In this document: piece by piece, positions 1 through 7,708 of the stretch
Position numbering within the stretch: position 1 is the first letter of the stretch
How the letters are laid out: each line of letters opens with the position of its first letter
Origin: Candidatus Saccharimonadota bacterium
GTDB lineage: Bacteria; Pseudomonadota; Gammaproteobacteria; Enterobacterales; Enterobacteriaceae
Direction: 5' to 3'
NCBI GenBank assembly: GCA_049942765.1
Contig: CP188086.1
Location: 270,001-302,000, forward strand
Length of the DNA: 32,000 nucleotides
Translations under genes and position numbers: made by a program
Notes under the pieces: generated by a model
Database searches by the model: none
The model's input: only the letters and a program-made list of their open reading frames with translations
What the model was told of the DNA's origin: nothing

Positions 1-273
1 TGTTTAAATACTAAACAAGTATTAAATCAAGTAGCTATTCGAAATATTCAACCTAATGAACCGATTTTACATTCTATGTTACATAAACCTTGGTTAATAA
101 GAATGTATCAACGTGTTTCAATATTAGCTACAGGAAATGGTTTTATAGTAAGATCAGAGGGGAAAGCATTAAATAATGCGTTTTCTAATGATACAATTAA
201 TGTATCTATGGATAATGGAACAATTGTGACCGGGAGAGTAAATCCTAATGGAGAAATTTTAGTTTCATATTAA
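1..273 (+). CDS. flgA: Flagellar basal-body P-ring formation protein FlgA, C-terminal part (5' end lies outside the window)
   Basis: Frame 1 is open from base 1 to TAA at 271-273. The translation is CLNTKQVLNQVAIRNIQPNEPILHSMLHKPWLIRMYQRVSILATGNGFIVRSEGKALNNAFSNDTINVSMDNGTIVTGRVNPNGEILVSY. It follows the FlgA C-terminal pattern (G.GF....EG.ALNNA...V.....G..V.G.V...G.I). The ORF-track start at 76 is only an internal Met. Confidence 0.8.
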   Translation, partial: CLNTKQVLNQVAIRNIQPNEPILHSMLHKPWLIRMYQRVSILATGNGFIVRSEGKALNNAFSNDTINVSMDNGTIVTGRVNPNGEILVSY

Positions 274-1888
274 ATAATAAATACAAATATTGTTGTTTGT
301 TATTTATTCAATAAACATATTATTTAATTTAGCAATTATTTTTATATGTTTTTTCATTAGATTCAAACATATATGTATATTATATTTTTGAATGTAATAG
401 CTATATTAATAGTATGAGTTTATATTACATATATAATATTTTTTTTAGTAATATTTATAGTATATAAGTACTACATTATTAGTACAATAATTTATGTATC
501 AGTGCATTATTCATTGAAATGTAATATAAATAATTATTTATTTTGTTTATAAATATTTCGTTTAATTTTTTATTTAATTAATAGTAGAACATGTTTATAT
601 AATTAATAATTAACAGTTATATATATACTTAGAATGAATGGAATAGATATTTTTAAATTTACTTATCCATAAATTAACTATATTTTTTTTTAGATTCAAT
701 AATATTAATTTTATTAAGCTATATATGAAAATTATTGGATTAAATATATTTTTTATAAATATTTATTTATGAATAATTATACATGTCTATATATGACATT
801 TATGTATAAAATACATTAATACTTAAAATTTAATAAAAACTACATTTGTATGTTAACTAAAAAATTATATTTTTTAAAATTAGTCTATTATCGATATAAA
901 CATATATATGTTTAAAATAATTTTTATTAATAATGTTCATTATTTGATTAATTATTTTTTCTCTTGGTATTAATTAGTGGAAATTAATAATTAATTTGAG
1001 AGTGTATTTTAATGTTTTTAATAAAGACAATTTAGAGGATATTGTAATAATTAATGTCTTCATAAGATACACATTTTTTTTGACATCATTAAACTTACAT
1101 GTTTTATATATTAATTTTTCAAGAGAGATTTTATTATTTTTTATATAGAAAAAAATATATCAGATTAGATTCATTTTAGAATATATAGTAATGAATACAT
1201 AATTGATATTTTGATAATGATATTAGTTATAATATTATTTTTTATTATGTAATAATATTACATATTATAATATATAACTATATAATTTATTAATTTAGAT
1301 ATATTAAAATAATGTATTAATATCGATTTTTTTTTAAAGATAGACTTTACTTACAACAAGCATGAAATCTTTAATAAGTTAAAAAATTAAAGCAAAAAAA
1401 ACACTATTTATATAATTTTTATATAAGTAATTATAATGATAATTATTAAATATTAGTTATAACTAATTAAATTACCATATAAATATTTTAAATTATATTT
1501 GTTAAAATAGATTTTTTTAATTTTTATTTTGGATTTTTAAATATTGTAAATGTTATTTCGGTTAATATATATATTATATAATCATTCATTTGTTGTTAAA
1601 TTAATTTTATGTTTTGCCTGGTTTGTGATTAATTAATTGTATTATATATTATATATAATGATTAAATAAATTTAATATAACAGTATGCAAAGTATATAAT
1701 ACAATTTTTAAAAATGATTATAATATTTTTTTTGTTTGTATGTAAAATATGGATAATTTTTATTATTAATCATCCATAATAAATTATTAATGATTAGTTT
1801 TTATAATGTGAAATTTTTTATATAAATATGTATGTTGATTTATTGATTAGTTAAGTATTTTTTAGAGTGTGATTAAGGTAATGGTAAT

Positions 1889-2935
1889 ATGAAATATTTA
1901 GTTTTTTGTATTATGTTTTTATTTTTTTGTGTTTTTGAAACACCAGTATATGGGTATACTGATCATCCATTATTTTATGTAGGATCAAAATTTGGAACGT
2001 TTAATTCTAGTACATTACTTAATCATCCATTTTTTATAAAACAAGATGATTCGCATATTAATATTAATTCAAATAGTGTTCATGTTCCTACTTCATTATT
2101 ATTTGGATATCAAAAAAATTCATACATAGGTTTTGAAATTAGTTACGATAATACATCTAGTGTTGATTTTAACAAAGCAATATTAAACACGCAATTAGAT
2201 GATGTAGGAATAGGTTTAGGAATTAAATTATCTTATCCAATTAATAACAAATTTTCAGTTTATAATAAATTAGGTGGAAAAGTTGCGTCATCTATTTTAT
2301 TAGATCCATTTACGTTGGATCATATGATAAAATCTCAAGAAAAACTTGTTCCTATAGTAGGTATAGGAATGGAGCATGTTATAAAAAACAATGTTTTGTA
2401 TAGATTTGAATATGAATGGAATCGTAATTTGTTTAATTGCAAATATCTTCATAATGCAATTAACTTAAGTGATGGAACGTTAAGCATGAGTTTACTATTT
2501 CAATTTAATCATGATCGAGATTATCAACAAATCGGTCGTTCTTCATTTGTTAAAAAAACAATTTCAAATATAAAAGAAGTAATTTTATTTCCATTTGGAA
2601 GTTCTAAATTAAATTCAGCATCATATGTAACATTAAAAAATTTAAATAATAGAATTAATAAAATGAATTTTTCTCATGTTACTTATAACATTACAGGATA
2701 TCATGATTCTATTGATATAGAATCAGGTGATAAGAAAATATATTATGATCGGGTAAAATCTGTCATAGACTATTTGTTGTCACAGGGTATACAGAAAAAA
2801 TTTATTCAAGAACATGAATTAAAACAAGATTTTCTAATGAATAAGTTATGTCAAAATTTAGACAATAAAGAACTATTAATTAGTTGTCTTGCTCCTAATA
2901 GAAGAGTTGAAATTGAAGTAGATGGTGTGTGGTAA
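1889..2935 (+). CDS. ompA: Outer membrane protein A (OmpA), highly diverged
   Basis: 348-aa ORF with a signal-like N-terminus ([22 protein letters not shown]). The C-terminal OmpA-like domain aligns to E. coli OmpA. Matches are [66 protein letters not shown], and the Cys pair [48 protein letters not shown]. An AAGG SD-like motif lies upstream. Confidence 0.9.
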   Translation: [348 protein letters not shown]

Positions 2936-3041
2936 TATGTAGTATTAAAGATGATGTTTAATATTTAATCATGTATATATCAAAATAATATTTTTATATA
3001 ATAATGAAATATTTTATGTTATTACAATTATTGATGATATT

Positions 3042-3126
3042 TGGAGGGAGAGGGATTCGAACTCTCGGATGATTTCTCATCGGCGGTTTTCAAGACCGCT
3101 GCCTTAAACCACTCGGCCACCCCTCC
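3042..3126 (-). tRNA. serT: tRNA-Ser (anticodon UGA), class II with long variable arm
   Basis: The reverse complement reads GGAGGGGTGGCCGAGTGGTTTAAGGCAGCGGTCTTGAAAACCGCCGATGAGAAATCATCCGAGAGTTCGAATCCCTCTCCCTCCA. The anticodon loop is CTTGAAA. It has the same length and layout as E. coli serT. No CCA is encoded (AAT follows). The T-stem carries one A.C mismatch. Confidence 0.93.
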
Positions 3127-3511
3127 AGAACAAATCGTTTGTTTTTATTAATTATATCAATAAAATAATATCATGATATATGATAAAAATAAATAAAATT
3201 ATTTGTTTTTATTAAAAATAATTATTTTTATTTTTAATTAATAATAAATTTGTTATTAATAAAATTAAATATTTTATTTTTATGTATTATTTTTTTTTTA
3301 ATATATAATATTTAATACTCTATATTAGAAGTAATAATTATTAAATTTGTTATATATTTATTTATTTTTGGTTATTAATAATTTTGTCGTTTCTTTTTAT
3401 TTGTAGTTAGAATTTATATTATAATTACAATTTATATATTTAAAAAAAATAATAATATAATAAATTCACTTGATCATTCTTATATTTTTAGTTTATTATA
3501 AACGAAAATTT

Positions 3512-3582
3512 GGCGCATTGACAGATTGGTTATGTAACGGATTGCAAATCCGTCTAGCTCGGTTCAATTCCGGGATGCGTCT
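3512..3582 (+). tRNA. cysT: tRNA-Cys (anticodon GCA)
   Basis: Sequence GGCGCATTGACAGATTGGTTATGTAACGGATTGCAAATCCGTCTAGCTCGGTTCAATTCCGGGATGCGTCT. It is 71 nt and near-collinear with E. coli tRNA-Cys. The discriminator is U73. No CCA is encoded (AAT follows). Confidence 0.95.
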
Positions 3583-3598
3583 AATACATAATATTCAT

Positions 3599-3682
3599 GC
3601 CCGGATGGTGAAATTGGTAGACACAAGGGACTTAAAATCCCTCGGCTTTATGGCTTTGCGGGTTCAAGTCCCGCTCCGGGTA
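3599..3682 (+). tRNA. leuZ: tRNA-Leu (anticodon UAA)
   Basis: Sequence GCCCGGATGGTGAAATTGGTAGACACAAGGGACTTAAAATCCCTCGGCTTTATGGCTTTGCGGGTTCAAGTCCCGCTCCGGGTA. It is 84 nt and almost identical in its arms to E. coli leuZ. The 3' flank is CAA rather than CCA. It starts 16 nt after tRNA-Cys, so the two are probably co-transcribed. Confidence 0.95.
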
Positions 3683-3750
3683 CAATAATATATATTTTTT
3701 AACTTTGAATTAATTAATCATATTATTTTCAATAGATATTTTAAATATAG

Positions 3751-4773
3751 TCAATTAGTTTTTTTATAATCAAAACCTTGATATACAATGAATTTTTTTT
3801 TATGTAGTAAAATATAATGGTATATAAAATATTTTTTTAAAAGATTTTGGCACATTAAACCCGATGGAGTAACAAATCGTAATTCTCCATGTGGTTTTAG
3901 GTGTTTTTTTGATTCTTTAATCATTTTTTCAATAAATAATGTTGTAAATTGGATTCCATCATGAATGGGTGGGTTAGACAAAATTAAATCAAATTTGTCA
4001 TTGACATTAGAAAATAAATCGCTAGGATATAGCTTACCTGGTATATTGTTAATTCTTAAGTTAATTTTACTAGACTTAAGTGCTATGAGATTAGAATCAA
4101 TTAAATGTAATTTGACTTTAGATGTTTTTTGATACAACATCATAGAAAGAATACCGGTTCCACAACCAATATCTAATATTTTACCAGATATTTTTTTTGA
4201 AAAAGTAGAAATTAATAGTAAACTACCTTGATCTAATCCTGAGTAACCAAAAACCCCAGGAAACACTTTAATTTTTATATTACTTAAAAAATATGTTTTT
4301 ATTGTATTTTTTATAGTAAAAATAATTTTTTTTTGTATGGTACCTAAGTACAAAATAGAATGTTTAGCTGTATCTAATTTTTGTATTGATATTAATGATT
4401 TTAATAGTTTAGGAGCATTTTTAATGCCGCTTCGATTATTTCCTGTAATAAGAATTTTGCATTTAATGAAGTCATATGAACATAGATATTGTATATGAAA
4501 TAGGGCTTCTTTTTTATCTTTAGGCCAATAATAAATTATTAGTTCTACATTTTTTTGATTAGATATTTTATAGTTATATTGAATATTATTATACATATAT
4601 GGATACAATTGGTTCCATATATTATATTTTGTAGTATATACATTAGTATATTTTAATGGTAACGATAATGAAAAACAATCTTTAATATCACCATAAAATA
4701 TAGTATTTTTATTTTTTAAAATACATAAATGTCGATTTATTATTTTGCTTTCATTAGTAATAGTATTAATCAT
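3751..4773 (-). CDS. rsmC: 16S rRNA (guanine1207-N2)-methyltransferase RsmC
   Basis: 340 aa, against 343 aa for E. coli RsmC. It has SAM-binding motif I (LDIGCGTGILS) and catalytic motif IV (NPPIH; NPPFH in the family). The N-terminal duplicated non-catalytic domain is present. Confidence 0.85.
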   Translation of the reverse strand: MINTITNESKIINRHLCILKNKNTIFYGDIKDCFSLSLPLKYTNVYTTKYNIWNQLYPYMYNNIQYNYKISNQKNVELIIYYWPKDKKEALFHIQYLCSYDFIKCKILITGNNRSGIKNAPKLLKSLISIQKLDTAKHSILYLGTIQKKIIFTIKNTIKTYFLSNIKIKVFPGVFGYSGLDQGSLLLISTFSKKISGKILDIGCGTGILSMMLYQKTSKVKLHLIDSNLIALKSSKINLRINNIPGKLYPSDLFSNVNDKFDLILSNPPIHDGIQFTTLFIEKMIKESKKHLKPHGELRFVTPSGLMCQNLLKKYFIYHYILLHKKKFIVYQGFDYKKTN

Positions 4774-5118
4774 ATTTTTTATTATAGTAATAGTATAATT
4801 ATTATATATATATTTTATATAAAAATTGTATACGATGTATTAATATCATACTGGATAAAAAATTATATAATAAATTATTAATTTTTATCAAATAAATAAT
4901 ATTTGATAAAGTAAATATTAACTATTTATCTTATATCTATAGGATTTAATTTAATTAATTTATAATATCAGTGTTATGAGATATATCATATTAAATAAAT
5001 TTAGTCTTGGGTTTCCATATAATTAATATGTAGAAATTATCATGTTAAGTTTAAAAAATAACTTTAGTTAAAAATAATATTCTCAGCTATTTACAAAAAT
5101 AAATATTAAAAAAAATTC

Positions 5119-5819
5119 ATGAAAAATAGATCTATTAAATTGAATGGTAGTCATTATACAATGTTAACATTGTATTTATTTAATTGTGATGTCAGTATAG
5201 TTACAAGAGATATTAAAGAAAAAATCAATCAATTACCAAAGTTGTTTACATATGCACCTGTAATCATAAATGTTGCTCGTTTATCTAATCATGTTGATTG
5301 GAATCATATGAAAAAAGCAATTTTATCTACTGGGTTGTATATTGTTGGTATTACAGAATGTACGGATGATCTTTTAAAAAAAAAATTATATATTCCGGAC
5401 TGCCTTTAATAACTAAAAATAATAGTGACTATTTAAAAGAACAATATTTTGAATATTGTAATAATACATATACACAAAAACATATTATGAATAAAACATT
5501 AATAGTAAATACTCCTATTCGATCTGGTCAAAAAATTTATGCTAAAAATCGAGATTTGGTTATTACTAATAATGTTAGTCCTACTGCTGAATTAATTGCT
5601 GATGGTAATATATATATTTATGGTATTATGAAAGGTAGAGTATTAGCAGGAGCTAATGGGGATAATAGTAGACAAATTTTTTGTTCTAAATTTTATCCAG
5701 AATTAATCTCTATTGCAGGAGAATATTTAGTAATGGAATATTTACCATTACATTATATTGGGCAATCAGTTCAAATTTATTTTAAAAAAAAATCATTAGA
5801 AATAAAATTAATTAAATAA
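5119..5819 (+). pseudogene. minC: Septum site-determining protein MinC, interrupted by a frameshift at an A10 tract (two ORFs: 5119-5409 and 5487-5819)
   Basis: ORF1 encodes the MinC N-terminal domain (IKLNGSHYTMLTLYL..APVIINV..VGITEC). ORF2 encodes the C-terminal domain (TPIRSGQKIYAKNRDLVITNNVSPTAELIADGNIYIYGIMKGRVLAGANGD..QIFC...ELISIAGEY). The ORF2 frame is already open from 5370 and reads IIYSGLPLITKNN, which matches E. coli MGLPILTEG. The two frames overlap only around the A10 run at 5376-5385. Inserting one A gives a 233-codon gene, against 231 aa in E. coli. Confidence 0.9.
5376..5385 (+). repeat. A10 homopolymer at the minC frameshift site
   Basis: I counted it directly in cttttAAAAAAAAAAttat. 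A TGA at 5367-5369 closes the downstream frame just 7 nt 5' of the tract. The frame change must therefore occur within 5370-5409. Confidence 0.95.
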
Positions 5820-5845
5820 AGTATTATTTAAAGTAAGGGTTTAAT

Positions 5846-6664
5846 ATGACGCGAATTATTGTTATAACGTCAGGAAAAGGAGGTGTCGGTAAAACAACTT
5901 CTAGCGCAGCATTAGCTACTGGTTTAGCATTGCAGAAAAAAAAAACTGTAGTAATTGATTTTGATATAGGATTAAGAAATTTAGATTTAGTAATGGGTTG
6001 TGAGAGACGAGTGGTGTATGATTTAATTAATGTGGTTCAGGGTGATGTAGTATTGAATCAAGCTTTAATCAAAGATAAATTTACTGAAAATTTATTTATA
6101 CTTCCAGCTTCTCAAACTAGAAACAAAGATTCTTTAAGTAAAGAAGGTGTTAATCAAGTATTACAAGAATTAATTAAAATGAAATTTGAATTTATCATTT
6201 GTGATTCACCTGCAGGTATTGAACAGGGAGCAATGTTACCTATATATTTTGCTGATGAAGCAATATTAGTGACTAATCCAGAAGTATCTTCAGTACGGGA
6301 TTCAGATAGAATGTTAGGAATTTTATCTTCTAAATCTAAACGTGCACAGGAAAATAATTTACCAATAAAAGAATATTTATTATTAACACGATATCAAGCA
6401 ACTCGAGTAAAACAAGGAGATATGTTGAGTGTTGAAGATGTTTTAGAAATATTAAGAATACCAATAATTGGAGTAATACCAGAAGATTATAGTGTATTGA
6501 AATCTTCTAATCAAGGTAAATCGATTATATTAGATTATCATTCCAATGCTAGTAAAGCATATTTAGACACTACTTGTCGATTATTAGGTGATCATCGTCC
6601 ATTAAGATTTTTAAAAGAAAATAAGTTAAATTTTTTTCAAAGATGGTTTAGGAGATCAGATTAA
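5846..6664 (+). CDS. minD: Septum site-determining ATPase MinD
   Basis: 272 aa with the deviant Walker A motif SGKGGVGKTT. It is collinear with E. coli MinD over its full length, including a C-terminal amphipathic tail. An AAGGG SD lies 6-10 nt upstream. Confidence 0.97.
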   Translation: MTRIIVITSGKGGVGKTTSSAALATGLALQKKKTVVIDFDIGLRNLDLVMGCERRVVYDLINVVQGDVVLNQALIKDKFTENLFILPASQTRNKDSLSKEGVNQVLQELIKMKFEFIICDSPAGIEQGAMLPIYFADEAILVTNPEVSSVRDSDRMLGILSSKSKRAQENNLPIKEYLLLTRYQATRVKQGDMLSVEDVLEILRIPIIGVIPEDYSVLKSSNQGKSIILDYHSNASKAYLDTTCRLLGDHRPLRFLKENKLNFFQRWFRRSD

Positions 6665-6915
6665 TGTCGATAATAAATTTTTTTTTATTAAACAATAAAC
6701 ATACTGCTAATATTGCAAAACAAAGATTAAAAATTATTATAACTAGTGAACAAAATAAAAAGTATGAACCAGATTATTTTCCAATGTTAAAAAATGATAT
6801 TTTATTGGTTTTATCGAAATATGTAATGGTTGATTATAATATGGTAAATATTACTTTAGATCAGAAAAATAAAGATATATCGATTCTAGAAATGAATATA
6901 ACGTTACCACAATAA
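6664..6915 (+). CDS. minE: Cell division topological specificity factor MinE
   Basis: 83 aa. The ATG overlaps the minD stop (TAATG at 6662-6666). An AGGAG SD sits inside the minD 3' end. It occupies the third position of the minCDE operon and has a MinE-like N-terminus and the KRLKIII..R motif. Confidence 0.9.
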   Translation: MSIINFFLLNNKHTANIAKQRLKIIITSEQNKKYEPDYFPMLKNDILLVLSKYVMVDYNMVNITLDQKNKDISILEMNITLPQ

Positions 6916-6974
6916 ATAATAATTTTATTAAAATATATATATGTGTTTATTTATTTATTTTATATAAACAAATT

Positions 6975-7643
6975 TTAAAATTGATTGTATAAATAATTTA
7001 ATTGCATTATATCTAAACTATTTTTTTGTTTATTTTTGAGACTTAATATAGATAAATTAATAATATCTATTGGATGAGGTATGGTAATGTATTGATACAA
7101 TATATTTTTTGTTATATTTTTTAGAAATACATTATCTATTTTAGTTCCTATATGCAACCAATCACTATTTAATAATGATAAATTTTTTGCAATATTTTTA
7201 TTTTTTACAATTTGATCTTGTGTATGTTTACTCCATAATCCATTATCGTTTTTGATATATTGACCCCAATACACTTCATTTTTTTTTGATCCTACAATTA
7301 CTAGAATTTTTTTTACTTTATATATTCTCCATGCTTGTTCAGCTAATATTTCTAAAGTTGAAAACGCTATGATTGGTATTGAATGATAAAAGGATAAACC
7401 TTGAGCTACACAAACTCCTATTCTAATACCAGTAAATTGTCCAGGACCAATTGATATAGCTATTAAATTTAAGGATTTTATAGTAATAAAGTTTCGTAAC
7501 ATAAGTTTATTAATCATTAATAATATTTGTTCATTATGGCTTAATATAGAAGGTGATGATATATAATCAATACAATTATTGATTAATAATCCTACAGAGC
7601 ATATTTTATTTGATGTATCAATACATAAGATTGTTTTTTTCAT
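6975..7643 (-). CDS. tsaB: tRNA threonylcarbamoyladenosine (t6A) biosynthesis protein TsaB (YeaZ)
   Basis: 222 aa. ILCIDTSNKICSVGL matches ILAIDTATEACSVAL, and GPGQFTGIRIGVCVAQGL matches GPGSFTGVRIGIGIAQGL in E. coli TsaB. EVYWGQY matches EVYWAEY. Confidence 0.9.
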   Translation of the reverse strand: MKKTILCIDTSNKICSVGLLINNCIDYISSPSILSHNEQILLMINKLMLRNFITIKSLNLIAISIGPGQFTGIRIGVCVAQGLSFYHSIPIIAFSTLEILAEQAWRIYKVKKILVIVGSKKNEVYWGQYIKNDNGLWSKHTQDQIVKNKNIAKNLSLLNSDWLHIGTKIDNVFLKNITKNILYQYITIPHPIDIINLSILSLKNKQKNSLDIMQLNYLYNQF

Positions 7644-7708
7644 ATAATAATAATGTTCATTAAATAAAGTTATTGAAAATATTTTTTTTAAATATGTTCA
7701 TTTTTAGT

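Noticed and set aside
663-671. DnaA-box-like 9-mers TTATCCATA (663-671 and 17991-17999; consensus TTATCCACA)
   Set aside because: These are single, isolated 8-of-9 matches to an AT-rich motif in AT-rich DNA. They are not clustered and have no adjacent AT-rich 13-mers beyond background.
978-1145. 56-codon stop-free frame in the flgA-ompA spacer
   Set aside because: At this composition, my estimate is that a few open runs of this length are expected across the spacers. It has no ATG or SD and no similarity to FlgM or FlgN. It is on the wrong strand to be a murJ remnant.
3470-3688. 72-aa ORF from the ORF track
   Set aside because: It runs straight through tRNA-Cys (3512-3582) and tRNA-Leu (3599-3682). 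It is open only because the tRNA genes are GC-rich. It has no SD and no protein-like features.
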